Below, one piece after another: positions 1-14,304 of a stretch of DNA of 64,000 nt; position 1 is the first letter of the stretch, and each line of letters opens with the position of its first letter. The notes below the pieces were generated by a model. The model made no database searches and was not told the DNA's origin. It worked only from the letters and a program-made list of their open reading frames with translations. A program made the translations under genes and the position numbers. Origin of the DNA: Octopus sinensis (taxonomy: Eukaryota); NCBI RefSeq assembly GCF_006345805.1, contig NC_043003.1, positions 15,934,001 to 15,998,000 of the forward strand, written 5' to 3'.

Positions 1-321
1 CAGTGCATACCAACACCTAGCATCGGGCCGGGGAGTATAACATCTAAATCTATGGCGAAAATAATTTCCAGCTTCAACAATTATATGACTTCTGATTCTG
101 ATAATATAACGGCCCTTGTTTCGCAATGAGAACGTTCCATCCTCGTAGCTACCACGTAATCTGCATTCTTCCGGTTGTTAGTATATCGCATGTCAGACGT
201 TGATAAGAAAATATATGCGGAGTAGCATAGTCGTTTGAGTTCGTTACACATTTCCGTAAATATGATTTTTACCTACGTTAAAAATAATGTTTATCATTAT
301 CTATCACTGGCACAAATTTAT

Positions 322-1256
322 TTCCTACTCTAGGTACACGACCCGAAATTTTCGGGGAGGGAGGCAGTCGATTAGATCGACACCAGTACGCAACTGGTAC
401 TCTATCGACCACGAAAAGAAGAGGAGCAAAGTCGACCTCAGCAGAATTAGTACTCAGATCATAAAGACAGACAAAATACCGCTAAGCATTTAGCCCGGCG
501 CGCTAACGTTTCTTATTTCTTTATTGCTCACAAGGGGCTAAACATAGAGGGGACAAACAAGGACAGACAAAGAGAATAATTCGATTACATCGACCCCAGC
601 GCATAACTGGTACTTAATTTATTGACCCCGAAAGGATGAAAAGCAAAGTCAACCTCGGCGGAATTTGAACTCAGGGCGTAAAGACAGACGAAATACCTAT
701 TTCTTTACTACCCACAATGGGCTACACACAGAGGGGACAAACAAGGACATACAAACGAGTCAAGTCGATTATATTGACCCCAGTGCGTAACTGGTACTTA
801 ATTTATCGACCCCGAAAGGATGAAAGGCAAAGTCGACCGCAGCGGAATTTGAACTCAGAACGTAGCGGCAGACGAAATACCTATTTCTTTATTACCCACA
901 AGGGGCTAAACACAGAGGGGACAAACAAGGACAGACATAGGTATTAAGTCGATTACATCGACCCCAGTGCGTAACTGGTACTTAATTTATCGACCCCGAA
1001 AGGATGAAAGGCAAAGTCGACCTCGGGGGAATTTGAACTCACAACGTAACGCAGACGAAATACCGCTAAGCATTTCACCCGGCGTGCTAAAGTTTCTTAT
1101 TTCTTTATTGCCCACAAGGGGCTAAACAAAAAGGGAACAAACAAGGACAAACAAAGGGATTAAGTCGATTACATCGACTCCAGGGCGTAACTGGTACTTA
1201 ATTTATCGACCCCGAAAGGACGAAAGGCAAAGTCGACCTCGGCAGAATTTGAACTC
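322..1256 (-). mobile_element. Tandem multimer (~5 units) of tRNA-derived SINE family A (GGCGGCGAGCTGGCAGAA... family; probably one of the octopus OK/OR SINEs)
   Basis: Repeated ~165-200 bp unit containing cgaccccgaaaggatgaaaggcaaagtcgacctcggcggaatttgaactcag, whose reverse complement carries a B-box-like GAGTTCAAATTCC. The same unit recurs more than 20 times in the window. Confidence 0.9.
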
Positions 1257-2291
1257 CTACGACACGTACTTTTTTGTGAAGAGTATAACGAACTTCACCC
1301 TGATGGCCGTATCATTTGATCAAACTTGAAAGTCCCACACTTTTAAGCATGGAAACCATTTCATATATTTAAAATATTTTTTATTCACATTTATTATTCA
1401 TTCACTCAAAAATATTCTTCTAATGGTCAAGATCTATAAACAATTATTATACAACATCATATTTTTGTACACACACACACACACACACACACATAAATAT
1501 ATTTACACACATACGAGCTTACAAATGCATATATATGTTTATGAGTATCTGTCTATGTATATCTAAGTATATGTGTATCTACATAGCACTTGCTTTTGTG
1601 CGTATGTATATATATCTATATATGTGTGAATGTGTGTGGGTATGTGTGCGTCTGTGCATGTGTGTACATTTATGTATGATTGAATAATGCGTGTGCTTTT
1701 GTATCTGACATATGGACAACTAGGTTATTACACACACACATACACACACACACACATAAACACGCACACATATGTTCCGATTCGCATCTTGTAAAAATAC
1801 ATGTGTAACATTTTGGCCCCTATTGAGTCCTTATCCAATTAATGTACTTTTTATTATACACATGAATAAAAACATTTATCGTATTGCATAAATATATGTG
1901 TGTGTGTGTGAATATATATATATATATATATATGTTTGTACATATATGTGTGTATATATATATATATGTATATATGTGTGTATATATATGCATATATGTG
2001 TGTATACATATATGTATATATATACATATATATGATTGTATGTAAATATATATATATATATATGTATGTATATACATATATATATACATGCACATATATA
2101 CATATATATATGTGTGTGTGTGTGTGTGTGTATGTATATATGTATATCCATTGACTAACATATACATATATATATATGTGTGTGGGTATATATTTCGAGC
2201 TTATTCAATATGGCACAATTTGTAACATTAAACAATTTCTGTATTCAATAATTCGACAATTATTTTGTATTCTGCGAAATAATATATAATG

Positions 2292-2353
<62 letters not shown>

Positions 2354-2752
2354 TATCTATATAGAGAGAGGGAGAGAGTATGATATACGACCGCTTATAT
2401 TCATGTATTCAGAGTCTATGAATACTTATATTGCATCGGGAAAGCAGACAGCTACTTACACAAGAATCACACATAAATATGCGCAGATTGACATTTTTTA
2501 CATAAAGGCAGACATATTCATATTCATTATGTATTTGCATATACTTACAAATATGTATATGAACGTACGCACACACGCACATACAAACATAAATTGGGTG
2601 GCGGATGGTGTGGGAGATAAGTGTGTATATAAATAGCTGGATCGATCGATCGATAGATACATACATACACCACTAAATAGATAGATATATACACACATAG
2701 AGGCACAGGGGCAGACAAACAGAAACAGAGACACACACAGAAAAATGATAGA

Positions 2753-2970
<218 letters not shown>

Positions 2971-3626
2971 CTATGCATATATATATGCGCGCATACATGC
3001 ATACATACATAAAACATACATAAAACATGCATACAAACATACATACATTTATACATACATAGGTGAAAGGAAAATATAACAAGCCAAGCAAACATTATGA
3101 GTTAAAAAAGGGACATAAAAATGAATAAAAAATATATGAAGTTAGACAAATAAAACACATGATAGAAAAAGCGTAGAAATATATAACTAAACAACAACAA
3201 TCAAAGTTTGGCTAAAATCAAAATTAATTTTTCAAATAAAATGAAAAGAAAGAAAAAAGTGGTTTTGTTGAATATTTCTGTGTTCATAGATTTCTCATTC
3301 TTCCGCTAGGTTAATTCCTGCACAGCAATATGTAAAAGACAATCTTACTAGGTATTATAAGCAGATTATTGACCCTCTCATCCGATCCATTTATATGAAA
3401 GCAAATACATGGATTATGTGTCAACACGTACACATAGATCACACACATATACAGATGCTCATTACAGATACATGCACAGACATAGGGATATGTATATATA
3501 TGCGTGTGCATGTGTGTGTATGTGTTTGGATGTATGGATGTGTATGCGTACGTGTCTACATAGAAGTAGTACATACACAAGTAGAAAATATATTGCTTCG
3601 TTACATACTGTTTGTTTTTGTTTAAT

Positions 3627-3669
<43 letters not shown>

Positions 3670-3901
3670 ATGCATGATATGCATATATGCATATGTATTA
3701 TTATACCCATATATGTAAGATATATATATGTGTGTGTGTGTAAATAAGTGTACACACATATATATGAACGTGTAAATATAGACATATATGTGTATATATA
3801 TAAATACATATGTGTATATATGTATTTGTATATACATAGATATATATATGAATATGTATGCATATATATGTAAATATATAAATATATATGTAAATATATA
3901 T

Positions 3902-4098
3902 GGAGGCGCAATGGCCCAGTGGTTAGGGCAGCGGACTTGCGGTCGTAGGATCTCGGTTTCGATTCCCAGACCGGGCGTTGTGTGTGTTTATTGAGCGAAA
4001 ACACCTAAAAGCTCCATGAGGCTCCGGCAGGGGATGGTGGTGATCCCTGCTGTACTCTTTCACCACTCTAAAGGCGGTGCTCCAGCATGGCCGCAGTC
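3902..4098 (+). mobile_element. tRNA-derived SINE family C head fused to the 3' end of SINE family B
   Basis: Head ggaggcgcaatggcccagtggttagggcagcggac...ggtttcgattccc (A/B boxes) is shared with 9594. From ~4048 the sequence is ctaaaggcggtgctccagcatggccgcagtcaaatgactgaaacaag, the family B terminus. Confidence 0.8.
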
Positions 4099-4119
4099 AA
4101 ATGACTGAAACAAGTACAA

Positions 4120-4158
<39 letters not shown>

Positions 4159-4657
4159 CGTGTAAATATACATTTGCGTGTGTGTGTGTGTGTGTGTGTG
4201 CGTGAATCTTTGTATCTATTTTTGAATGCATACATATATAAGTATACATATATAAATTTGTGTATGAGGGTGTGTGTACTAGAGAAGCGTGGCTCGGTGG
4301 TTAGGGTGTTGCACACATGATTGTTAGATTGTGGTTTCAATTCCTGGGCCCAGCAATACGATGAATTCTTGGGCAAAAGAAACCGGTCTTATAAACCTAT
4401 ATCTCAGGAAGGAACATTAATTTTTTATACATACATAAATACATAGATAAATACATACATACATACATACTTATTCAACGAATAGAATTTATAAATATTT
4501 TGATGCATCACTATGCACGTTTCCACAAATTACAGATCGGTACGACCCCAGAAAACTGCTACTGTAAGTTGGTATCACTAAGCTGTAGCCGTCATAATAG
4601 AATAGGAGATTTTTGTATATCTACTCAAAAATGTTTTCCGTAAACGAACTTAAATCG

Positions 4658-4740
<83 letters not shown>

Positions 4741-4885
4741 TGTATTGATGTTATATATGATCAATACGAGAAGATACTAAAATGATATATTAATATATAT
4801 TAACATATATTAAATACATTATAGTATGCGCGGCTAGTAATCCATAACAAAAAAGGAATTGATAAATAAATGATGCAGAATAGAG

Positions 4886-4916
<31 letters not shown>

Positions 4917-5310
4917 CACATTGCTAAAGGGCAAATAACGTGAAACTAGTCTGTGGGTGTCTGAACCAGCATGGTGAAGCTGATGACCTCCCCTGTTCGA
5001 TGATTGTAATGGACACAGGTTTCTGTGTCACATAGCTAGCTAGATACGGTGGCCTCTTGGAGCTAATCAATGACATCATTCGTCTTATTTTTCTGGGCTA
5101 CCATGTTACCTTGGCTATAGCTATTAATACCCAGTACTGCTGCCGTAGTCTCCTTTAGAGAGATTTATAAATAATATTTCTACACACACACACACACACA
5201 CACACACAAATATATATATGATTTTTGATTTTGATTTTTCCAGTTTCAGCTAATGAGCTGTGGCCATGCTGGGGCACCGCCATTATATATATATATATAT
5301 ATATATATAT

Positions 5311-5589
5311 AAGAATTTTTTGTGTAATAAGATGAAAAAACCAAGGCTGCATAGATATTAAAGCATTTATAGATAAACCTTCTATCAATAAATGCTCTAA
5401 TATCTATACAGCCTTGTTTTTTTTTATCTTATTACGCAAAACATTCTTATATACACACGCTGACATAGAACCAACGTTGAACCATTTATTCGCAATATTA
5501 CCGAATCTGGAACTTAACTATGGTCTGTCTATAGCACTTATTCAGCATTACCTTGCACCTTTTTGTCTCAATGACACCATTATCTCTCT

Positions 5590-5590
<1 letters not shown>
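5311..5590 (+). mobile_element. Fold-back 3' fragment of a Penelope-like element (same family as 43362-44282), flanked by (TA)n
   Basis: 5311-5375 is an inverted copy of ~5383-5448. 5376-5590 matches the reverse complement of 43362-43572. Confidence 0.75.
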
Positions 5591-5623
<33 letters not shown>

Positions 5624-7390
5624 CACATATACATATGTAGATATAGATGCATATATACGCTTATATATTTGTCTGTCTCTCTGTACGTATGTATTATGGG
5701 TGTGGGTTTAAGTGTGTATATGTATTGAAACTCCGAATACACTTTTGTCAGGCTTCGAATATCAATACATTTTATCTAATAGTACATCATGCAATATCAC
5801 TTGGCTAGCCTCCGTCTCATCTGCGCTCTCTCTCAGGTATTCTTTCAGCCTGTCACAATTGCGTCAAAAACTGTTCTATTCACGTAAAGTGAAGGAAAAG
5901 TTCGTGCTGCAACAATAATATCAGATGTACTATTAAGTTTGTGCTGTGAACGTCGAGAGTCATCGTATTTTGAAGCAAATTCTGTAAATACGTAATCCGT
6001 AACGTAACTTAATACAAGCTCCAGGCGTTTTTTGTCTTTGATGGATTGCATTCAATTGCAAATATTTCCCATCAGATCTTACGTCTTCGGATAATCTAAG
6101 AATAGTTGATACTTTCTTTCCTACTAAATATTCTCAGCACTTCTCTCTGTATATGGTTGCGATTTCATGTATATAATTTGTAGGGTATTCGGCTCATGAT
6201 CATAGAGTCACGAGTTTGATACCTTCCAAAGCGTTGTGTCCCTGAGTAACACATTTTATTTCACATTGCTTCACTCCACTCAGCTAGCAAAACTGAGTAG
6301 CACTTGTAGATCAAAGGGCCAGTCTTATCACAGTCTGTGTCAGCCTGAATCTCTCTCTGTGAACTACAAAAGGGCATGCGTGTCTGTGGAATGATCAGCC
6401 ACTTGTACGTTAATATCCTTTGATAGGATCGGCTGGAATTGCCATCATCGTAACCGAGGGAGAGCCAGTTACTTAAGTATGAGATATTTTGCACATTATG
6501 TTAGATCACATACTGTCTTAACAACTGTTTCTGATGGACGTGTTTTCACTAGCCAAATCTGGCACAACTTTTCGTCTTGTTCCCATTTAAATATGCTTCA
6601 ACACAGCACGTCCATAACAGATATTGTCTCAGATAAGTACCGCAGTAACTTGCCTGTCAACGATGTATATACGTCAGATATAATACATTCTTTTACTCTT
6701 TTACTTGTTTCAGTCATTTGACTGTGACCATGCTGGAGAACCGCCTTTGGTCAAGCAAATCGACCCCAGGACTTATTCTTTGTAAGCCTAGTACATATTC
6801 TATCGTTCTCTTTAGCCGAATCACTAAGTTACAGGGACGCAAACACACCAGCGTCGGTTGTCAAACGATGTTGGGGGACAAACACGGACACACAAACATC
6901 CCACCCCACCCACACACACGCATATATATATATATACATACATACGACGGGCTTCTTTCAGTTTCCGTCTACCAAATCCTCTTACAAGCCTTTATAGAAA
7001 CCTACAGAAAAGGAATGAGTCGGGACGATATTCCTGAATAATGGTAAATGCAATTTCAGGGTGGATCGAAGGTAACAGGGGTGGCGAGAAATGAAGTGAC
7101 ACGTGCTCGGGGACTACATGCATAAATTTACGTTCTTTCATTTTTCATTTCTAATTCACCCGAGATCGACTTTCTCTTTCTCTTTTTCATCACTTCTGCA
7201 TGAATAAAATGCAAACTTATCTTATACTAGAATCAATGCTCTTCGACTATATTTCTTCTCTACAAATTTGTAAACTTGTGATAATCTCTGGCCTAACGAT
7301 CAAACACACATATTGCATATATCCGAAAGATACACTCGTGCTTCAAACAGTTAGCCTTTCTTTCTTTGTCCCTTTTACCCTATTCCTTAC

Positions 7391-7430
7391 AGTACTTTGA
7401 TAAAGGGTTCCCCTGAAACATCAGTCTACT
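7391..7430 (+). ncRNA. Degenerate hammerhead ribozyme motif
   Basis: agta-ct-TTGATAA-aggg ttc ccct-GAAA-catca-GTC-tact. P1, P2, GAAA and GUC are intact; the first core segment is mutated from CTGATGA. Confidence 0.45.
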
Positions 7431-7557
7431 TATTTTCCTGGGTTTTTTTTTTGTTTTCGGCGTACACTATGCACAATTTTGTTAATTTTGTGTGGGTGTA
7501 TGATTATAATTTCTCCATCGCTTTTCAAATTTTTATCTACCTATTCTAACCTTCTGT

Positions 7558-7810
7558 GGAAGCTCGTGGCTTAGTGGTCAGGATGTCAGCATCAGGATCG
7601 TAAGGTTGTGGTTTCGATTCCTGGACCGAGCGACACGTTGTGTTCTTGAGCAAAACACTTCATTTCACGTTGCTCCAGTCACTCACTTGGCAAAAAGGAG
7701 TAACGCTGCGATGGACTGGCGTCCCGTCCATTGGGGAACACATACGCCATTGAAACCGGGAAATCTTGCCCATGAGCCTGGCTAGGCTTTAAAAGGGCGC
7801 ATTCATTTAT
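7558..7810 (+). mobile_element. tRNA-derived SINE family D variant with CORE-like central segment
   Basis: A box tggcttagtggtca, B box ggtttcgattcc, then gttcttgagcaaaacacttcatttcacgttgctccagt shared with 21808-22138 and 33363-33746. Confidence 0.7.
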
Positions 7811-8814
7811 TCATTCTAACCTACAAGTTATCCAACTATCTATCTCTTTGCTTGTGTGTTATTTTATCTATTTAAGTAAAACCAGCCTTTTATTAGGATT
7901 TAAGTGTCACGAATCAGACTTCCAGATATTGGTTTGAGCCACATTCCTATCAGTCGTATCTATCAACGCCAAATCAATTATCTACTCCAGGCTTTTGCTG
8001 AGATGTAATCAAACCTCGAAATCTGAGAGCACAGTTTTTGACTTGCATTAAAAGAAGACATTTTGATTGCGAGTTGTTAATCACATCCTTTTGACATCCA
8101 TATTGCAATAAGAAAATGTTTATTTAATTTTGTTTATATTTCCCTGTTTCTTATTATTTGATTTAGATTTATCGACATTTTGTAACCCACCGTTTCATGC
8201 AGAATGTCAATAGTTAACCAGCGAACTATAGGAAATAACCAATATTTATATGGAGGTAGTTCGTCGTTTGATCAATATAATATTTGTATCTCCCAATCAG
8301 GATGATATTTCCATAGAACTCACACACACATACACACACACACGCACATGTATATGTTTAACGGATCGAAGTTATATCATTATATCTGCCTACATTGGTT
8401 GACTTGAGTCGATGAAATCAAGAAATAATTATATGCCGCTGCGGGCGCGCATGTGTATGTGCGTGCGTGTATGTCACTCAAACTCACACAAAGCCAGACA
8501 CAAATATCTGAATGCGCACAGACGTACGCATACACAGCATGCACGCACACATACATATGTTCTTCTGAGTTCAAAATCCCGCCGAATCCAACCTGGATTT
8601 TCCTCTTTTCGGGGTCGATGAAATAAAACATCAGTCGAGAACACCTAAAAGGAATAATTTCCTTGAACTCAGGAATAGACCTGTATTCCATTCAGTGAGT
8701 ATTTTGTGATCTCGATGAGTAATACGCCATGGAAACCGAGTCACTGGCCTCAAGAGGAGGTCTAGATGAAAACAACGCATATTGTCCATAGCTACGATAG
8801 TCACCTCCATGGTT

Positions 8815-9218
8815 ATGTGTAGTAAGTAGCTTGCTTACGAACCACATGGTTCCGGGTTCAGTCCCACTGCGTGGCATTTTGAGCAAGTGTCTTCTACTAT
8901 AGCCTCGGACTGACCAAATCCTTGTGGGTGGTTTTGGGAGACGGAAACTGAAAGAAGCCCGTCGTATATATGTATATATGTATATATATATGTATGTATA
9001 TGTGTGTATATGTTTGTGTCTGTGTTTGTCCCCCAATATCGTTTGACAACCGATGCTAGTGTGTTTACGTCCTCGTAACTTAGCGGTTCGGCAAAAGAGA
9101 CCGATAGAATAAGTACTAGGCTTACAAAGAATAAGTCCTGTGGTCGATTTGCTCGACTAAAGGCGGTGCTCCAGCATTGCCACAGTCAAATGACTGAAAC
9201 AAATAAAAGAGTAAAAGA
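8815..9218 (+). mobile_element. tRNA-derived SINE family B with internal microsatellite
   Basis: Near-identical to the copy at 18053-18460. Confidence 0.85.
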
Positions 9219-9593
9219 GCAATTCAACTAACTCATTCAAAAATATATACTGGACAATTATTTACAGCGCTTGGTCATGTTATTTCTATTAACTCCATTT
9301 ACGATCAGGTTTTGTCGGCAAGCTTTGAAAGGTGATGGAATAGTGGCTCGTTAAGAAGCAAGCACGGCGTGACCGTTGGTTACTCATTGTAACTATCGAC
9401 CTGATATAGGTAATCGAATCGGGTAGCACAAATATGCAATAACTTCGGCTTTCCCATTGATATCACATAAGGCTGGAAGCATCTCAAGGCATTCAAAATA
9501 TGAGTTAAATACAACAACGTTTTATAAAAGTAAGAATTAAGACACGGATAGGAAGGAATTAACAGATTTGGTTGTCTATATAGAAGGATATGT

Positions 9594-9895
9594 GGAGGCG
9601 CAATGGCCCAGTGGTTAGGTCAGCGGACTCGCGGTCGTAGGATCGCGGTTTCGATTCCCAGACCGGGTGTTGTGAGTGTTTATTGAGCGAAAACACCTAA
9701 AGCTCCACGAGGCTCCGGCAGGGGGGGGGGGCGATCCCTGCTGTACTCTTTCGTCGCAAATTTCTCTCACTCTTTCTTCTGTTGGCCTGCTCGCTTAGCC
9801 AGCTGGGTGGCGTCATTTGAAGGCTAAAACAATGCGAAGCGCATTGTGACCAGTTATGTGTAGCAATATCTGATAGCCTGGTCGGTCACGGTGAT
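9594..9895 (+). mobile_element. tRNA-derived SINE family C
   Basis: tRNA-like head with A/B boxes, matching 3902. Its own tail ends ...ctggtcggtcacggtgata. Confidence 0.8.
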
Positions 9896-10110
9896 ATAGA
9901 AGGATACAATCAGAAGTGTACAGCATGACGTCGAATGATAAAGATGTTCAGATCTACCACACACAGACACACACACAGACACTCACGTGTGAATGTAATA
10001 TAATATACATGTTTGTATATACATAGATGTATATGCGTGTGTGTGTCTTTGTGTCTGTGTTTGTCTGACCAGCACCGATTGTCAAACGGCGTACCTTTGT
10101 TGATGTTACC

Positions 10111-10341
10111 TATTTCTTTATTACCCACAAGGGGCTAAACATAGAGGGGACAAACAAGGACAGACATAGGTATTAAGTCGATTACATCGACCTCAGTGCG
10201 TAACTGGTACTTGATTTATCGACCCCGAAAGGATGAAAGGCAAAGTCGACCTCGGCGGAATTTGAACTCAGAACGTAACGACAGACGAAATACGGCTACG
10301 CATTTCGCCCGGCGTGCTAACGTTTCCGCCAGCTCGCCGCC
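10111..10341 (-). mobile_element. Full-length SINE family A monomer with ~14-bp TSD, inserted in a family B remnant
   Basis: Flanked by ttgttgatgttacc (10097-10110) and ttgttgacgttacc (10344-10357). Confidence 0.9.
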
Positions 10342-10438
10342 TATTGTTGACGTTACCGTAACTTAGCAATCCGACAAAACAGACGGATGGAATAATTTCC
10401 AGACGGATAGGATAACTTCCAGGCGGTTAGAATAATTT

Positions 10439-10590
10439 ATGAGCCGCACACAAGTGTACAAGTGGCTCAGACGTTTCCAAGATGGTCGAAAAAAATGTCG
10501 ATAGTGACGAACGTTCTGGGAGACGCGCAACCGGCAGAACTGAGAAAAACATCGCAGATGTGAGTGCAGCTCTGAGGGGAAATCATAGGT
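10439..10590 (+). pseudogene. mariner transposase N-terminal HTH remnant
   Basis: With one frameshift it translates to MSRTQVYKWLRRFQDGRK-NVDSDERSGRRATGRTEKNIADV, matching the mariner W..RF..GR....D..RSGRP pattern. Confidence 0.75.
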
Positions 10591-11852
10591 GAGTTATTAG
10601 AGGATGTGCAGATTATCACATAGTCATGCATGAGCCTAAATGTGTGTGTGTGTTTCAGCGTGCGTGCTTGTAACATATGCAAAGGTTAAAATTGCCAATA
10701 AATCTATGAGGTAAAATTTTTCAGGGTTACAATATTAGTCTATATGATTATATACACACACACACACAAAAAAAAATCGGAAATTTCACCAAAACAAACA
10801 AATACGTGTTCAAATTTCCTATAATCGCCAAGACAAGATTCTCCTTCATACAGGTAAATTGTACGCAGCCAACACAAGTTACACTAGGCTTTCTATATTC
10901 CTACTAACGTTAGAATTACTCTGAGAGAATTCAAGTGTGTTACAATTACAGTAGTGCAGAAATGTAGGAGTCGAGATTCATGCGTCTATTTAGAGATACA
11001 TAATTGTATGAGCATCTAATGATGAGGTGGCAATTTTTAGAACCACAACATTGGTAGTCGTGATTATTATGAAACAAATTTAAGAAAAATCTCGGAATCT
11101 CTATGGAAAATTATATAAATATACACATTACCGAAAATCGTCTCAACGATCGGTATTTACCGACAATTTTCGTCACCAAAGATTGAAAAAAGTGAAGCAG
11201 TAGGGTAGCAGTTTTCTATGAGGAGAAAATGACATTGTCATTCAATATATATATACATATGCGTGTGTGTGTGTGCATGCATGCATACATAGATACTTAT
11301 ATGCTTATGTGAGTATATATGTGTCTGTACAACCATCTCTCTGTCTCGTGTAATGTGAAGTAAGTTTTGAACTGTTCTGAATCAAAGATTTTATCTAGTT
11401 TTAACACACAATAGAATTCATGCATTTCCTTCCCTCTCGATTCGATAAGCTGTCTCCTGTTGATGCAGGTGAAGTCTTTTAGAGGTGTATGAAACTAAAT
11501 AAATTGATTGGCAGCTTATTTTACTGTACTTTTCTCATAGGATCCCTCACCCTATTTCCACGACTTATACGTGACCGAGGTTGCCACACACCCCTATGAA
11601 CGAGGCACCAGTCTGTTACAGGGTTGAAAGCCAGCAATTTCTGAGAAGAAGGAAAAGTCGATTACGTTGACTCCACTACTTGATTCGTACTTTATTTTAT
11701 CAACCTCGAAAGGATAAAAGGCAAAGTTGACCTTGGCAGAATTTGAACTCAGAAAACAAAGAGCCTTATGAAATGCAGTTATGCATTTTGTCCGATTCTG
11801 CCGCTTATGTTATTGTTATTTATTGTTATTTATTTATTATAACAACAACGAA

Positions 11853-12451
11853 GGCGGCGAGCTGGCAGAACCGTTAGCACGCCAGGCGAAATGCTAAGCA
11901 GTATTTCGTCTGCCGCTACGTTCTGAGTTCAAATTCCGCCGAGGTCGACTTTGCCTTTCATCCTTTCGGGGTCGATTAAATAATTACCAGTTATGCACTG
12001 GGGTCGATGTAAATGACTTAATCCGTTTGTCTGTCGTTGTTTGTCCCTTGTGTTTAGCCTCTTGTAGGTAGTAAAGCAACAGGTATTTCGTCTGCCACTA
12101 CGTTCTGAGTTCAAATTCCGCCGAGGTCGACTTTGCCCTTCATCCTTTCGGGGTCGATTAAATAAGTACCAGTTACGCACTGGGGTCGATATAATGAACT
12201 TAATCCGTTTGTCTGTCCTTGTTTTTCCTCTCTCTGTTTAGCCCCTTGTGGGTAGTAAAGAAATAAGTATTTCGTCTGCTGTTATGTTCTGAGTTCAAAT
12301 TCCGCCGAGGTCGACTTTGCTTTACATTCTTTCAGGATCGATAAATTAAGTACCAGTTATGCACTGGGATCGATGTAATAAAATTAATTTCTTTGACTAT
12401 CCTTCTTTGTCCCCTCTATGTTTAGCCCCTTGGGGGTAATAAAGAAATAAG
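11853..12451 (+). mobile_element. SINE family A trimer (one head plus reiterated body)
   Basis: Head ggcggcgagctggcagaa at 11853. The body restarts at gtatttcgtctg at ~12083 and ~12267. Confidence 0.9.
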
Positions 12452-13894
12452 AATTTTTAGCGCATAGTATAGAGGGCTTAGCGACATTTGTTTCGGATCT
12501 TTACCTTGTATATTTGACTGTCACCGCCGAGGTCAACTTTGCTCTTTACCATTCCGAGATCGATAAAATAAAATACCAGTTAAGTATTGCGGTCGATGTA
12601 ATCTACTCACTCCTTCCCCAATGTTGCTGCCCTCTATCAAAGTTAGACAGAAATTCACCATATCGAAACGATAGATTTAAACTTCGAAAATCGAATGCTG
12701 GGACCAAATATTATTATGCATTTTTCTACAGCTGCCTTTTGCTGTGATTAATATATTATAGTGTTAAAGAGGCGAGCTGGCAGAATCGGGAGCACGCCGG
12801 GTGAAATGCTTCATGGCATTTCGTCCGTCGCTATGTTGAGTTCAAATTCCGCCGAGGTCAACTTTGTCTTTCATCCTTTTGGGGTTGATAAAATAAGTAC
12901 CAGTTAAACACTGGGGTCCATGTAATTGAATTATCCCCTCCCAGGAAATTGCAGGCCTTGTGTCAATATTTGGAATCACTATGATTATATGATATCACAT
13001 ATTATATGATTATACGATTACGATATTACATATTATATGATTATATGATATAACATAAAATTATATGCTTATATGATTTATTTCAAAACAGGAAAATAAG
13101 TTCAATGTTAATAAATTTCTGATTTGATACTAATTTAAGGATAAATAGGAGCATAAAACAAAATCACTTGTACAAGATTTCCATGAAACTAGAATGAAAA
13201 GTTGTTTTTAAAGAAATAGGTCAATATCTATAACTAGCAGTAACAAAGATTCTTTTGATAGAAATTTTCATTAAAGCTTATATATTCATAACCGTATAAA
13301 TAAAACCCGATAAACAACTATTTAAATGTATGCTTCGAAGTCTATTTAAAATTTATTGACTAAGCGTTATTATTAAGTCAAACCATAGAAAATCTTCAAA
13401 CTTATCACAAAAGACATTACATGCCTTTTGTCGAACTGTATTACCAGTGGGCAAAATCTTTATTTTGAACTGTGATGAGAATTATTGTCTAAGTGCTGAT
13501 ATCACATAAAGACCTCTGCGACATTTTGGTGCCGAATTTACAACTGTTGGCCGATGGTATCTCGTAATCTGTTACAACTTCAAATATATTATTCGGAAAA
13601 TAAAAGCCGCAGCTGTATCATTCTTCTGTTATCTGTAGGCAGTACTTTCATCACAATCAATGAGTATACACTTTGTATTACACTATTATTCAATCAGATT
13701 TAGTCATATGTTATACAGACTTCCTTAAAACTTCTAAACTTTCGTAAACACATTAGAAAATTCCGAAATTCCACAATTCAACATATTAATATATATTACC
13801 CAAATGAAAAAGTTAACATTAATACATTATCTATTAATTATGTTGATTTCTCTGTCAACATCCGCTTTCGTTTCCTTACAGCTAATTGATATTC

Positions 13895-14304
13895 TTTTCT
13901 ACTCTTTGGGGGAGAGGGCCGGTCGATTACATCGACCCCAGTGCGTAATTGGTACTTAATTTATCAACCTCGAAAGAGTAAAAGTCAATGTCGACCTCGA
14001 CGGAAATTGAACTGAGAACGTAGCAGCAGACGAAATACCGCTAAACATTTCGCCCGGCGCGCTAAAGTTTCTTATTTCTTTATTGCTCAAAAGGGGCTAA
14101 ACACAGAGGGGACGAACAAGGATAGACAAAGGTATTAAGTCGATGACATCGACCCCAGTGCGTAACTGGTACTTAATTTATCGAACCCAAATGGATGAAA
14201 GGCAAAATCGACCTCGGCGGAATTTGAACTCAGAACGTAACGACAGACGAAATACCGCCAAGCATTTCGCCCGGCGTGATAACGTTTCTGCCAGCTCGCC
14301 GCCT
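13895..14304 (-). mobile_element. SINE family A dimer
   Basis: Two body units. Flanks ttacagctaattgatatt and ttacagccaattgatatt look like a TSD. Confidence 0.85.

Noticed and set aside
322-1256. CRISPR-like regular repeats
   Set aside because: The whole unit repeats with no unique spacers; the context is eukaryotic and there are no cas genes.
3902-3975. tRNA gene-like sequence (also 9594, 18053, 33363)
   Set aside because: These are SINE heads continuing into SINE bodies, with no intact acceptor stem or terminator.
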